The position numbers were made by a program, and so were the translations under genes. From positions 25,562,871-25,626,870 of the forward strand of contig NC_092676.1 of assembly GCF_964355755.1 (NCBI RefSeq): a stretch of DNA of 64,000 nucleotides. Direction: 5' to 3'. This document shows positions 22,599-37,602 of the stretch, piece by piece (position 1 is the stretch's first letter; the number at the start of each line of letters is the position of its first letter). The notes under the pieces are model-generated. The model had not been told where the DNA came from, searched no databases, and saw nothing but the letters and a program-made list of their open reading frames with translations. Origin of the DNA: Antedon mediterranea (taxonomy: Eukaryota; Animalia; Echinodermata).

Positions 22599-23251
22599 AT
22601 GTCGGCAATATACAAGAATGCTAAGATCAATAGAATGCATAGAATAGATGATGGATGTGTTCTATACAGTGATACACTCACAAAGAGTGTCGTAATGTGT
22701 AATAATAAATTTGAAGAAATCTCTCAATTTGGGAAACAAATATTGAAAGTCCTCCCTAAATGTTTAACGGTTAACAATGATATTCTTATACGTAGCAGAG
22801 GCACACAGTGTTTTTAATTTCGATATTGACGATGGTAACCTTCTGGGTAAGATAGGTTCAAAAGGTAGTGAAGAAGGACAACTGTATATTCCACAATATG
22901 TCACCCTAATAAGGGAAGGTAATTTAATGATTACTGAGTCTGGTAATAATAGAATACAACTGTTTGATGCAAATGGTACGTATTTAGAAACACTTATTGA
23001 TCCGGGCGAAGAAGATGGGAAAGTCCTTTGTGTATAGTAATGGACACGGATGAAAATATAATTGTATCCAGTGCTCATAAACTACAATTATTTGATAAAA
23101 AATGGTGTTTTTGTCAAACGAATAGATAATAAAGATGATGGAATTTGATGAAATTAAATTTCCATGCGGCATTACAATAATCGCTAATAGACCAAGAAGA
23201 CTGACAATTGCAAACTTAGGAGAAAATAATGTTAAAATATTTAATTACTAA
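22599..23251 (+). pseudogene. NHL pseudogene (full-length type)
   Basis: Copy of 7571-8223. Confidence 0.88.
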
Positions 23252-24614
23252 CCAGTATCTTGCTTACTAAATAATTGTAAACACAACTCGAATGATCTCC
23301 AAGTGGAATATTCTGTAATCATAGAAAACAATGATACAGAAGAAAATAACAATTACACTGTAAGATAGCAAATCCCCTTTGAACTTATCCAATGATAAAC
23401 TATAGTATTTATGGTGTTGGGGATTTTTTAGAAAATTTTCAAAAGATTAAGTGTTTCTTTCTGCTAATGTGTAGGTTTATTTATGTGCCGCAATTAATAT
23501 TAATTGCACTCAAAATCATATTGACAATCTACTGTACATACTTGAACCCAATGATAAATATTTATTTCTAATTTTTATATCTTTATTTGTTGTTCTAGAT
23601 ATTTGTATTTGTATATAGGCCTAGATTGAGTGCTGTTTTATTAGGATCGCGTGAATAAACACTGCACATTGCAATACAGAAACAAGTTTATTATCGGGGC
23701 AATTTGTTTTTAATTTCAATATTGACGATGGTAAAATGTTGGGAAAATAGGTTCAAAAGGGGCAACTGTACAAGGTGTCACGTGTTTGTCAAAGCGCTGC
23801 ATTATATACCGTTATAATAAAGTTGAGTATTTGTTCATTCATTTTTTTATTGTTCCACATAAAGTAAGAAAAAAAAGATCAAGAAAAAACCTGATTAAGT
23901 CTTTGTTTATGTGTGGAATCTCAAATAAGCCAATGAGGTCTTTAAGGCTGAGTTTCCAAAACACATTGGGCCTACATTGTACATGGTAACGTAGAATTGC
24001 TTTCTAAAAAAAAAAGAAGAAAAAAATCCAAACAGATTTTATTTGATATCAATAGAATAGACAAAGTAAGATATAAATTCCATAGGAGTAAACTTATTAA
24101 CTATCTAATCAATATTAATGGTTAAATATTTTTGTATTTTTGTTTTAATGTTATATCCTTAATTTGTTTTGTATATCACCGACATAAAAAAAACGCTTGC
24201 ATTAAATGATCACGTGAATAAACACTGCAATAACACCAGAGGATGTTGTTAATTCGCTTTTTATTTCTATAATGTTAATATATATTTTAATTATAAACAT
24301 AAGCGCCTATGGTTATTTAAAGTGAGTCAAATGATACAATGTTAAACTTGTTTGTATTTTGTTTGTCTTCATTATTTTACACACTCCAAAATATGGTTGT
24401 ATTATTATTGATAATGCCTTTCTGTTATGACTTATGTTATTCGGTGAAATGATATTCACCATGTTGATTGTAGGCAGACAATAAATAATATATCGATACG
24501 ATTATTATTACTTTTTAGGCCCTATACTAAAAAAAAGTCAAACGTTAAAAAATTAATTGTATTTTATTACACTTAAGTCTCATTTATATTATTGTAGCAA
24601 ATTACTTTGATGTC

Positions 24615-24833
24615 CTATATTATCTTTTTCTTCTTTCGAAAGAATGATAACTTTGTTTTCCTTTATATGTCCGATAAACTCTCTTTTAATTCACTAATTT
24701 GAATGTCTAAATCTGTTTTTGTACGGGATAACGCCGATTCAAGTTCTTTCGTCGTAGGTTCAAGATTTCGTATTTTTTCGGTAGAGTTTTGTATGTATGT
24801 GTGGCCTTGTTCGTTAGGTTTAATAATCTCTAC
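24615..24833 (-). pseudogene. 3' remnant of C-type TRIM-like gene, copy 2
   Basis: Copy of 9587-9805. Confidence 0.85.
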
Positions 24834-24881
24834 TTTAAATTTTAAATGTTAAAATGTTTTAATTACTAAACAGCATTATAC

Positions 24882-27800
24882 AAACTGAAACTACACCGAA
24901 TGAATGGAATGAAGGGATAATTATCCCAATATTTTAAAAAGGAGATCGACGTGATCTCAACAACTATCGAGGTATCACACTTAATTCACGTGTTTCTAAA
25001 ATTTATTATCGAATTATTGTATATAATATTTCTTAAATTTTAGAAGAAAATGACATCCTTGGTGAAGTCCAATGGGGCTTTCGGACAGACAGATGTGAAG
25101 ACCCCATTTTTGTCTTGAAAAGCATTATCGCCACAAGGCGTGCTGAGGGTAAAAAAAACATTTCTAGTCTTTTTGAACTTTAAAAAAGCCTTTGTTTCAG
25201 TTTGGCGATAAGGGTTAATTACTGCTGCCAAAAGAATTGGTATCCGTGGTAAACTTCTTAACTTAATAAGAAATATGTACTATGATTGATGAGTTTTGTT
25301 CAATGACTTTAGTCATTTTAGCATTAATGAAGGAGTGAAACAAGGCTGTTCATTGTCACCAGTTCTTTTTCTATTTACATTAACGAACTAAATAACCTAA
25401 TCAAAAGTTATAAACTAGGTGTTCAAATCTATGACACACAAATAGGTGCAATATTCTTTGCTGATGACGTGGTTTTTAATCGGTGACAATGAGTCAGAAC
25501 TTGTGAAACTACTTAAAGTAACAAGTGATTATTCACAAAAATGGAAATTAGAGTTTAATTTTGACAAATCAAATGTGCTCAGGTCACAGGGCAAAGAGTT
25601 AATCCACATAGAACATGGAGCCTTGGTAATCATTATATCACAGAAATGGAAATGTATAAATATCTTGGTGTAATAATATTACGTTCATACAGATTCAGAC
25701 AATATCGTTACAATTTGTTTTTGTTTTTTGGGCCTATTGTAAACCAAGTGTTTTAAAACTACTTATATAAAAAATCCTGTACCCTAATCTTAAATACAGT
25801 TACATATTACAAATAAGGGATAATAACTCTTAACTTTTGTGGAAAAATAAAGCGTTTTGGTTAAGTAGTTTTTTAGCAAATGTAATTTTAGTTTTAATGT
25901 TACATTCTGACTGCTCAGGAAAGGTTTGGCGACTTCGAAAATTTTCCCCTATCCTTTAACACTATCCGGTCACTGACAAACCAAAACACTGCTTCAAAAA
26001 AGGGGCTGTGCCGACAAAGTATCTGAACCAATCACATTTTACATTAGGTCATTAGAAAGCTTGATTGATTAGCTTTTGCATGGTGGAACAGCCAATATCA
26101 TTGGATAACTAGGTCAAACGTTATGAACGTTTTTGTAAAAATCTCAACAAATTGGCAGAACAAGCCTATTCTTTAAAACAGGGCAATTTTCAAATCGTCT
26201 AACTTTAAAAATCAATGCCGACGAAGTTTTTTTAAATTAAAATATTAAAAAATGTTTAAAATAACATGTTATTGTAGGTACTTAATTAGGCATTACAATG
26301 TCGAAACAGCCATAAAAATCGGTCAATTAATAACAAAGTTACATTGAAAAACCAAAAAAATTGCTGTTTTTTGGTGATTTCATGCCGTTTAGCGGAAATC
26401 GCCCGGATTTTTGGGTACATAAAACAAATAATAAAAAAGGGAAATAGGATAATAGCCTATAGCTTATTACCTCTATTGTAAACAATCAGAATGATTTCAA
26501 TAGGGTATAGCATACTACGGTCATCTTTTATGGAGAACAAGGACTACCAACAATTAATTACGCCTCTGCAATATGGTTATGTAACTTTAAAGGCTCACTA
26601 AATAAGTTAGAAAATTTACAATACCAAATGGCTTTGAAGGCACCAAGAAACGTTGATGGTGACCTAGGATGGGAGACACTCTACACCATTCAAAATAAGT
26701 TTGGGATGTCCTACTTTAACAGAATTTAAAATATGGACGACCAAATGTGTCAAAAACTCCTATGTAAATCTATAATGGATGTAGAAGCTAAGGTGAAATG
26801 GAAGTGGATTAACCATATCAAAGATTTATTATGTAAATTTGATTTAGGAAATAAGTTTAATTTAAATCCGGAAAGTCAATGGTTTAAGAGTTTTACACAT
26901 GCCAACTCTCTAGAAAATATTAAGGAATGGTTAAAAGGTGCATAAACAAAGTAAACCCTCTCCGAATATTTGAAATATAAACACGAACCTAAAGCATGCT
27001 TGATATGGTGAATTTTGACTCCTTTAGTTTAAAGTTTAAAGCGAGGTCTAACTCTCTTGATTTAGAAGGTAGATAAAATACATGGTCAGAAAATGAGCCT
27101 GGTTTTTGCAAGCTATGCAACAATCAGGTAATTTAAACTACAGACCATTTTCTACTTGAATGTTCAAACCTTAAAAATGTAGGAGATACACATTTTAACT
27201 AAAAATTGATTTATTGTATTGTGGTTATGATACATTCTGGGAGAATTTTAGAAGTGGTACAATCGACTACCAACATCATATTTCCATTTGAGAGAATAGG
27301 TGAAATTGTAGACAATCACTGTAAACAATACTTAGCTGCTGCATGGAGACATAGAAAGACTACACTTATATAATTATATATATAATATATAAATGTTTAC
27401 CGCCCACCATATTATCTACTAACTTTTATTTTACCATTTATCTAATTCAATAATATATATATTATATATATTTTTTTAAATTTTGTTTTCTTTCTCCAAA
27501 ATTATATAATCTAACCTAAATCTAAATTAAATAATATAAATAAATAATACAGTACGAAAAATAAGACTAAATAATATAAAAATAGTATCACGTTTAATTA
27601 AATTACAAATAACTATTAAAATTAAATATAATAAGAACAAATAATCATATAACAGTTGCATTAATTTTAATAACAACAGTATATTAAAATTAATTATCAA
27701 TTATATTTTTTAATAATAATAATGATAATATTCGCTTTAAACTTGAAAATATTAATAATATTGACAACAAAAATAATGATAATAAATAGATAATAAAATT

Positions 27801-27980
27801 AACTACATCATATAGGTCATATAGATTGTTCGATCTGTAAGATTATCTTGTTTTTACTATTTCATTTTACTTGTATAATTCGCTTCTTATTTAAGACTTA
27901 AATGTCTTTTCTTTTTGTGTTTAAATTGCCTTATAAACGCTGATACAAAAGCGTTTGTTCAATAAAAGTTTTAGTTTTTT
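24882..27980 (+). mobile_element. Decayed LINE with nested insertion, copy 2
   Basis: Copy of 9854-12955. Confidence 0.88.
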
Positions 27981-29396
27981 AGCATCATACTTATAAAATA
28001 ATTGTAAACTCGGATCGAATGACCTTTAACAGTCCAATAGGAATATTGTGTAAACATAGCAAACGATAAAGCAAATATCAATACATTAACTTTAAAGCAA
28101 TATCTCTCTTTGAACTCAGTTTATGATTACAAATGGATTGTTTCGAAAATTTACCAAAAAAAGATAGGCCTAATTTGATGATTGGAGTGTTGGTTTTCTT
28201 GCTAATCATTTTATATGTATTTGTCAAACGTTCCGCCTACTAATAGTAAATATATTGGTTTGCTTTTGCACTCATTAGGTTCATAGTTACCACCTTTATA
28301 AAGAGTATCTGACTAAACAAACAAGGTAGATGAAACTCCCTAAAAACAAAATGTTAAATATAACGTTGAGAGGAATACGGTGTGAGTAAAAGAAACTAGA
28401 TTTAATTCATCCCTATGACGAATTATAAGTTATATGCATTGATTTAAATAAGGATAATTTAATTTTTTAAAGATAGTAATTCATTGATTTTGTCAGAATT
28501 TATAATTAGTAAAGAAAGATAAAATCTTGTTGCCGCAAACACTGAACATCGAGCCACCATACACAACCAGAGATCCTTCCGCGTACGTCGTAAACCATTA
28601 TGCATATAGATAATTACAATAATGAAAACATAAATCACTTTTCTCAAAATTTCATTATAAATCATACGTATAACTTATACACTAAGAAATCAAATTGAAC
28701 AAATGCGGATATAAAACAAAATATTTATTCGTAAACGCGATCTCGGTACCACGAATATTATTAGACGTGATCAATTTGGAATATTGACATTCATTAGAAT
28801 TTAAAAAACATCTACTTTGTACACCAATGTATCATATATAATAATTGTCATAGTATGTCTAAAACAAGCAAAATTCCATTCATTCGGTTGTCACTCGTGA
28901 CTTCATCTCCTGACTAATGTAAAATAATTCATCAATTATTAATAAACAATACAATATCAGTATTACTTTTTGGTACTAGAGGTCAAATGAAAATAAGATC
29001 AAATTGTTTATCTTACCCTTTGTACGTCAAAATTGTACAAGATATCTAAAAATTAGGCTTTACAAATAACTTTTAAAAATGGAGGTCCCCTTTTATTCCG
29101 AGAAGCTCATAGAGATTTAAAAAAATGGCATGTTTACACAAATAATTGTTTAGCTTGACGTGGAAATTTAAAGAAAACAATATAACTGTATCAGCTTTAT
29201 AAAGCAAGTTTTTATTATGTGAATAATATTTAAAAAAATGTGAGATTGAAATGTGCTTAGATAATAGGTACAAAAAATCTGTACGAAGAGAAAGATCTGC
29301 CGAAATTCAGAAAATAGGAATTGAGAATAGGAAGTCTGGTGATAGCTTTTGCAATGTGAAATTTCATTACTTGCAGATGAATCATACATAAATTCA

Positions 29397-30290
29397 TCAA
29401 TCGAAATTTATACTATCTATATCTTCATAACTTAGGCCTTGATAATAATAAAACGGTATTCCGTTGTTTCCTCTATCTCCTGCAGCTTCACCCTCCTCAT
29501 CCTGCTGCTGCTCCTCTTGTTCACACTGCTGCTCCTCTTCATCATCCTGCTGCTCCTCCTCACCCTCCTCTGGTCGATGAACCGAATGAAGATTATTTAA
29601 TGATATACAGACAATTTCTATCAACCGATTTCGTCTTCGGAATGGATTCATTAGTGCTAAAAACTTTGTTTTAATCCCCTTTCTGTTTTTCTTTTTTATT
29701 CTTATTTTAAGATTTGTTATTTTCTTAGCTCGAGCCTTTAAATCTCTTTCAACACTGGATACTTCTGTAATCCTTTGTGTAAGCGTACTTTCAAGATTTT
29801 GTAGTTGTTGAGTAACGTTTTGTAATTCATTTTTTAGTTCGTCCCTCGTTCTTGCAAGGTCTTCAATTTGTATAGCTCGGGCATCTGAATTTGTCATCAT
29901 CTCATCCATCATTGATTTAATTTCATTTAGGCCTTGTTCATTTTCTACCTTGTTAAGAGCATCTTTCAGTCTTTCAATGTTCATGTTGTTTCTAGTAAAA
30001 GTTCGCCCTGATTCTATAGCTTTAATCAAGCATTCCTTAGCGTTATTAACCAAAAAATCCGGTGGAAGTTCTTCTAAACCATTCATTGGAATTTGGGTTT
30101 CCCTTCTACACAAAGCACATTCAATTTTGAATTCATTAGGGTCCTCTCTACATTCTTCATATTGAATTATGCATTTTAAGCAAAACGAGTGTCCACACAA
30201 AAGACGTTTAGGCTGTTCCATTTGCTCCAAACACATTTTACATTGAGTAATCTCCTTTAAAAATGTAATTGGGTCGTCTGGCTCTGCCAT
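29397..30290 (-). CDS. RING + coiled-coil gene A, further copy (297 aa)
   Basis: Differs from 14372-15265 by R>Q in the acidic tail (EEEQRCE vs EEEQQCE). Confidence 0.9.
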   Translation of the reverse strand: MAEPDDPITFLKEITQCKMCLEQMEQPKRLLCGHSFCLKCIIQYEECREDPNEFKIECALCRRETQIPMNGLEELPPDFLVNNAKECLIKAIESGRTFTRNNMNIERLKDALNKVENEQGLNEIKSMMDEMMTNSDARAIQIEDLARTRDELKNELQNVTQQLQNLESTLTQRITEVSSVERDLKARAKKITNLKIRIKKKNRKGIKTKFLALMNPFRRRNRLIEIVCISLNNLHSVHRPEEGEEEQQDDEEEQQCEQEEQQQDEEGEAAGDRGNNGIPFYYYQGLSYEDIDSINFD

Positions 30291-30848
30291 GTTGTACTTA
30301 CTTACGATTTAAACTTTTAGCCCTTATATAATAACTTTATAGGGAGCTGACCTGCTTTCTTCGGTAAAAACAGTAACCAGTCAAATTGATTAACGGACAA
30401 CCACGTTTCGTACGTCTCACCACGTTTCAGTACAGTTTAATTATTCTGCGTTATTTCCACCACGATACATTTCCGCGCCTATATTTTGTAAGCATCAGTT
30501 TAGGTATCAGTTCGTAGACAAAGATTGTCATCTAGAATAAACAAGGTCTTCCTTTTATTTATTATCAATGATGTGATTATTTATCAAAAGACAAAACTTA
30601 TCTGTTACTGTCCATCGGTTTCCTACCCTAAAAAACTTTCCATCGGGTAAATCCACTTGAATGTTGGATATTTGAAGATGAATATGCGTCTTTTAAACAC
30701 CCCCATTTGTAATGGGTTCGTCGGTGCATGTCATTTCGTGAGTGGCTGGCCGCCACAACAATAAAACAGGTCAGATAAAAGATCTCTGAATACAATTTTC
30801 GGCATCGATTATTGTTTTCGACTTTCGACAATTCATTTTCACGTCAAA

Positions 30849-31976
30849 ATGTCAACATACGCGGATTCGGAGGAATTGGTTAGATTTTCTACAATATGTT
30901 CAATGTGCCGTGAAACAAAGGTAGATCCCAGACTTCTTGAATGTGGTCATTCGTTTTGCTGTAATTGTTTAGATCAGAAACATAAAACCATGCAAAAGGC
31001 GAGTAAATCATTCTTTGCTGTCGATACTAACATTAGGTGTGTTGTCTGTCATAGTTCAAGTATAATTCCTAAAAAGGGTGCTAAGGAACTTCAAAAGCCT
31101 AATTTGATTGCTACCGCAACTGAATGTTTTAATATAGCTCAGCAAAATGCATTCATTTTTGTTAAACTTCCAGCATGCACAAACCCTCTTCATAACGATG
31201 TCTTGTGGTGTGAAACATGTATGGTTTACATATGCAGTAGGTGTTCACATAGGCCTAGGCGAGAAGATCATAATCAGTACTGCCACTTTAGTTCAAATAT
31301 CGATTTCTTAGAGGCCCATGAAAAGGTGAAACAAAGAATACGCAAAATTGAAAGAGAAAATAAACTATTAAAAGAGTCCAATGAATCAATAGGACAAAAA
31401 AAGGAACAAAGAGCCAGGCAACAAGTACAAAAACTTCAACGATTGAAAACACAGAGCGACAGTGACTTACAAACGGCCAAGCAACAAGTACAAGAACTTC
31501 AACGATTGAAAACACAGAGCGACCGTGACTTACAAAGGGCCAAGCAACAAGTACAAGAACTTCAACAATTGAATGAACAAACCGAGAGTGACTTTAGAAA
31601 CGCTTATGAAAGAATACAACATGTTGATTTAACGTTGGAAAAAGTAAACCAGCTTAGAGACAATTCTGAAACACAAACTAGAGACATACACGATCTTGAA
31701 CAAATAAAAGAACAAAACAATAGTGTAGTACAAAACGTAAAACAAAAAATAGAAGATCTTGAAGGTAAGATGGAAGAAATTAACCTGAAAACTTCCAGTC
31801 TTAAAGAAGATTCTGATGCTCAAACTAAAAATTTAGAAATTCTTGAAAGAAAGCAAGAACAAATTGAATTACAAGAGCACACTCAAAAAAGAAAAAAGAA
31901 AATAAATGTTTTTTCTGCAGCGAGAAATCGATTCCGAAGACGAAGACATAATTCTTTCGATGATTTCATTGGGTGA
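30849..31976 (+). CDS. TRIM-like RBCC gene B, copy 3
   Basis: Protein identical to copies 1 and 2. Confidence 0.92.
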   Translation: MSTYADSEELVRFSTICSMCRETKVDPRLLECGHSFCCNCLDQKHKTMQKASKSFFAVDTNIRCVVCHSSSIIPKKGAKELQKPNLIATATECFNIAQQNAFIFVKLPACTNPLHNDVLWCETCMVYICSRCSHRPRREDHNQYCHFSSNIDFLEAHEKVKQRIRKIERENKLLKESNESIGQKKEQRARQQVQKLQRLKTQSDSDLQTAKQQVQELQRLKTQSDRDLQRAKQQVQELQQLNEQTESDFRNAYERIQHVDLTLEKVNQLRDNSETQTRDIHDLEQIKEQNNSVVQNVKQKIEDLEGKMEEINLKTSSLKEDSDAQTKNLEILERKQEQIELQEHTQKRKKKINVFSAARNRFRRRRHNSFDDFIG

Positions 31977-33587
31977 AGACAGCTTGTGCGGCAAGATGCG
32001 GAGCAATCAAAACTCAAACAGTAGCCTACATTGTATTACAAATTCACGTGTAGATCTCAGTAAATTATCACATTTTGTAAATTTCAGAACAAACAATTTA
32101 GGTTCTTTGGATTTTTAGGCCATAATGTAGAGTAAATGAGTAAATAAAGTAATAAACTCCCAATTCTAAACTTGTTTTCAAAATTTAATGTAACATTATC
32201 GGAGTTTAATAATCAAATCTAGCTAAACCATGTACGCCTACAGTTGTTTTTTTTTCCCAGTCTTTTTGCAATTGTGTGAGCTGGGACAAATATTTATTAG
32301 AAAGTCGATTAATTAAATATGTATAATTTAGTTAAATTGAAGTTTCCCTGTTGTTTGTAATAATTGGAAGCTACAATTACGTTGTTAGTATTCTTTTAAA
32401 TACGATATCACCAGACGTTTTATTGTTGTTGTTTCCGGCGCGGAAAATATGGGTGCACACTGAAAGGCGGAAAAAACGATGCCAGCTCATTATTTCACTT
32501 TTTAAACAATACAAAAATGTTTAATTACAAACATCATGTAGACCTTTCTTTTAAAACTATTTATCAAGAGTAAAAGAAATTAGAAATGTTGGGATATTTT
32601 TTGTTTAACGAAAATGTCGGGAGGAAATTGTATTTTATCGGAAGATTATTCAAAAAAAGTAAGGTATGCTTTTCAATCAAATTTTAGAATTAATAAATTG
32701 ATACTAAACTGTATATGAAGATAACTTTTATTGACTATTGTATTATTTTTTCTCTGTGTTAGTTTCAACATCTTGCAAGCATATCATCGTATGAGTATTA
32801 ACTACTAATAAACAGGTGCAATAAATTAAATTTAACCCCCATTATAGATAAGCCGATAGTTTGAATCAATAACGAGGCATATACTGACCGTATTAATTCG
32901 TAATTAATTTCTGTAATTTTTGGAAAGTGCCGAAAACGTTACAGTTAAATCAATTAACCCATATCAGGATTACTGTACATTGGTCCAATTGTTTTTTCCC
33001 CATTAGACTGCACGCATCCGTACTGGGGTATAAAAATGACTGTAATTCATTGCACTCGAAATGTTTAAAGTTTGAAACATTATCCGCCATCCCTGGAGGG
33101 AGGTTGGAGGGTTTGGGTGGGGGAGTAATGGCGTTTCAAAATTACCGGAATCAGTGTACGAATGTTTTAAATACATTGAAAACTGCCAGGGAGAGGTTGT
33201 GGGTTGTGACGGTAATGGAGTATCAACATGGCCAGAATTACTCTGAATTTGTTTGCAGTTGTCCGATTTAGTTGGGAAACGGAAACTCATAGTCCCCCAG
33301 TCTTCATTTCATAAATCTTACTTTGTATAAAAGTACTATGTGGTTTATTCGAGTATAATATGCATATTCATTATAATTGAACATAACGATATTGCAACAA
33401 GTGATCTATAAATTGTGAACTTGCCGGTACTGTCAACAGATAAAGTGATAAAATGTCTAGATTAAAAACTAATAGCGTCAATTATGATTTCGCTTTTGAT
33501 TAGGTTTATTCACAAACTATAATGTTTGTGACTTCGTAAGAATTTACAAAGTTAAGTTGTGTTCAGGACCACCATCGGAAACTCACA

Positions 33588-33910
33588 AGTGAGTGAGTGG
33601 CCGAGCGGTTAAGACAGTGGAACCGTAATCACGTAGCCGTAACATCGGCAGGGGTTCGAGGCTCACTCACTCCATGGTTCTGGTGGTAGAACGAGTCTTC
33701 TCGGATAAGGACTATAAACCGTAGGTCCAGTGTACACAACTTGCTCGTGTGCACTTTAAAGAACCTAGTACATCTTTCGAGACGAGTAGGGGGTTACCCC
33801 GGTGTATTAGTACATCACAGCCACTGATCACCAACTGGGCCCTCTGGGAGATCAGTCTTTGACTGAAGAGGTCACCCAGTATAAAGATAAAACAAACAAA
33901 CAAACAAACA
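33588..33910 (+). mobile_element. V-SINE-like SINE, copy 3
   Basis: Copy of 3556-3878. Confidence 0.8.
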
Positions 33911-35123
33911 AGACAAACATACACACAAGATGCTCTACATAAACAAAGTCTTATTACAAGTCTTTGGGAGTGGAGTTTGTCCTTAGAAAAAATCCTGACA
34001 TGTGACGGGACTTGAACCCAGGACCCTTGGAGTGTTTATTTTTTGTTTGATTGTTTGTTTTATTGTTTGTTGTCCATGGTCAATATCTCATTGCTATGAG
34101 AATGTACATGTAATTTCCAGACCATATGCACTGATTATTATTATGTACCTAACTGTGTTCGTAGGGTGTACAAATAAATGAATGTTTATGATTTGAATAG
34201 GAAGTGTGCTCCACGAAAAAATGTTTGTACCCGCTATAGGTTAAATGTCAAAATAAGGTGTTTTTAAACATTTTGTGTATTTCTGTTGTATTAGAGCAAA
34301 TATAATTATATATATTGCGAGAAATTTGAGACTAAAATTATAACTTTCTGACTAGTGGTTGCTGAGATATTGATTTGGCTATTTTCTTGACCAATGGTCA
34401 AAAATAAAGTTTCACTGTCATTTTTTGGCAAAAGTTGTCCATTAAAGTGATAGAAATATGTATATTTTGAGTGTTTTGACACCAACTATGACCATATCTA
34501 CCCACAAATTTCTGAGATATGAAAAGTGTGCTCCAAGCCAAAAATATTTGTGCCGGCTATATGTCAAAGGTCAAAATTAAGGGTTTATTGACAGTTTTAT
34601 GATTTTTATTACATTAGAACAAATATAAACATATACTTTGCGAGTAATTTGAGACCACAATTATCACTTTCTGACCACTGGTTGCTGAGATATTTATATG
34701 TCCAATTTATTGACCAGTGGTCAGAAAAGGGGTTTCTGTCCACTTTTGGCAAAAGTTTGCCATTAGATTGAATAGAAATATGGGTCTTCTGAGTAGTTTG
34801 ATACAAAAAAATATTCCAATACACCCAGTAGTTACCAAGTTACGCAAAGTCTTAACTTTGACCATATTGACCTTTTGGCCCTTGTACTGACCGAGCATCC
34901 CAATTTTTTTCGGCCAACAGCAAAAAATTGATTTGTATTGATATAAGGAAGCAAAAAAACATTGTTGGCATAGTTTGCTAGAGGGTGCAGGTAAACCCCT
35001 TGTGGCTCCCCAACTATACGTAGGTCGCACAATCAGCATCTTGATACTACTGTACTTTATTCCTCTCTTTAAAGTGTAGACCTATAGCTAGGCCTATGTA
35101 CTTAATAGCAATGTTAGATAAAC

Positions 35124-35729
35124 ATGTCGGTGATATACAAGAATGCTAAGATCAATAGAATGCATAGAATAGATGATGGATGTGTTCTATACAGTGATAC
35201 ACTCAAAAAGAGTGTCGTAATGTGTAATAATAAATTTGAAGAAATATCTCAATTTGGCAAACAAATATTGAAAGTCCTCCCTAAGTGTTTTTAATTTCGA
35301 TATTGACGATGGTAACCTTCCTGGGTAAGATAGGTTCAAAAGGTAGTGAAGAAGGACAACTGTATATTCCACAATATGTCACCCTAATAAGGGAAGGTAA
35401 TTTAATGATTACTGAGTCTGGTAATAATAGAATACAACTGTTTGATGCAAATGGTACGTATTTAGAAACACATATTGATCCGGGCGAAGAAGATGGGAAA
35501 GTCCTTTGTGTATAGTAATGGACACGGATGAAAATATAATTGTATCCAGTGCTCATAAACTACAATTATTTGATAAAAAATGGTGTTTTTGTCAAACGAA
35601 TAGATAATAAAGATGATGAAATTTGATGAAATTAAATTTCCATGCGGCATTACAATAATCGCTAATAGACCAAGACGACTGACAATTGCAAACTTAGGAG
35701 AAAATAATGTTAAAATATTTAATTACTAA
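35124..35729 (+). pseudogene. NHL pseudogene (48-bp deletion type, extra +1 C)
   Basis: Copy of 5092-5696 with aaccttcctggg in place of aaccttctggg. Confidence 0.85.
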
Positions 35730-37602
35730 ACAGTATCTTGCTTACTAAATAATTGTAAACACAACTCGAATGATCTCCAAGTGGAATATTCTGTAATCAT
35801 AGAAAACAATGATACAGAAGAAAATAACAATTACACTGTAAGATAGCAAATCCCCTTTGAACTTATCCAATGATAGACTATGGTATTTATGGTGCACTCA
35901 AAATCATATTGACAATCAATCTAGTGTAGCCTACACACTTTATAACCAATGATAAATATTTATTTCTAATTGATAGGTCCATTTTTATATCTTTATTTGT
36001 TGTTCTAGATAGTTTATCCGATTGTATATAGTTTAATTGTTGTTTTATTAGGATCACGTGAGTAAACACTGCACATTGCAATACAGAATTATAAATTCTT
36101 ATGAAACAAGTGCATGTTTGCCGACATCGTGGCAATTTGTTTTGAATTTCAATATTGACTATGGTAAAATTTTGGGAAAATAGGTTCAAAAGGTAAAGGG
36201 GCAACTGTATATTGCACAAGGTGTCACGTGTTTGCCGAACCGCTGCACATATACCATTATAATAAAGTTGAGTATTTGTTCATTCATTTTTTATTGTTCC
36301 ACATAAAGTAAGAAAAGAAAATGATCAAGAAAAAACCTGTCTTTGTTTATTTGTGGAATCTCAACTAAGCCAAAAAGAGCTTAAAGTCTGAGTTTCCAAA
36401 AGACATTAAGGGCCTACATTGTACATGGTAACGTAAAATTGCTTTCTAAAAAAAAACCAGAAAAGTCAAATAGATTTTATTAGAATATCAATAGAATAGA
36501 AAAAGTAATATATAAATTCCATTCAGAGTAAACTTATTAACTATCTAATAAATATTAATGGATAAATATTTTTTGTATTTTTTTTTTTCAAAAAGGTTAG
36601 TGATGATTTAATATTATATCCTTATTTTGTTTTATATATCATCGACATAAAAAAAAGCTTGCATTAAATGATCACGTGAATAAACACTGCAATACCCAAC
36701 CAGAGGATTTTTTTAAACATTTTTATCTAATGTTAAAAATTTATAACATAAGCACCTATAGTTATTTAAAAGGAGTCAAATAATAAAATATTAGAAACTT
36801 GTTCGTATATTGTTGTCTTTATTATTTTACACACTCCAAAATATGGTTTATTATTTTTTAAAGGCCTATACGGTACCGTATTGTTTCCACCTATTTGGCA
36901 ACATGTACACCATGACATGTTGATTGTTATGTAGGCAGACAATTTATTACTTAAGGCTATACTACAAAAAGTCAAACGTTGAAAGCTTAAAGGCCAGGTG
37001 CGGGCAAAACATTTCTATTGATCATACATTCCAATAATTATCGATCTATAGTTTCCCCTATGTTTCATAATTTTTTGGGATTTTATTTGTGTTACACGAG
37101 CTTGTTGAAAATAAGCACTTTCTTATCAGTGGGGGGATAGTTCAAATTACACAGTAAAATCTCTATTCTTTTGTACACACATTTTGTAAATAGAGAGGCA
37201 TTTTTTAAAAGCTATGAAAAATAAACGGTGTGGTAAAAAATGTTATCAGATGACTAAATATAGGTAATATAACTTGAATATTACATTTCTGATATTTTTA
37301 TTCAACTTCAGATATTTATTTTCATGCAAAAGCAAAAATTATCCACCGTATATCCCACATCTTTTTTCACCGTCTAGGGAGTCACCAGACATGTTATTAC
37401 AAAAAATTGATTTGTATTGATATAAGGAAGCAAAAAAACATTGTTGGCATAGTTTGCTAGAGGGTGCAGGTAAAACCCTTCTGGCTCCCCAACTATACGT
37501 AGGTCGCACAATCAGCATCTTGATACTACTGTACTTTATTCCTCTCTTTAAAGTGTAGACCTATAGCTAGGCCTATGTACTTAATAGCAATGTTAGATAA
37601 AC

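Larger units (their letters stand above)
15009..30033. repeat. ~15 kb tandem segmental duplication, period 2
   Basis: Near-identical to 1-15008; gene B protein identical. Confidence 0.97.

Noticed and set aside
1-30033. 15 kb unit as an integrated virus, Polinton or large transposon
   Set aside because: No integrase, polB, capsid, Rep/helicase or terminal repeats seen; the only RT is a dead LINE.
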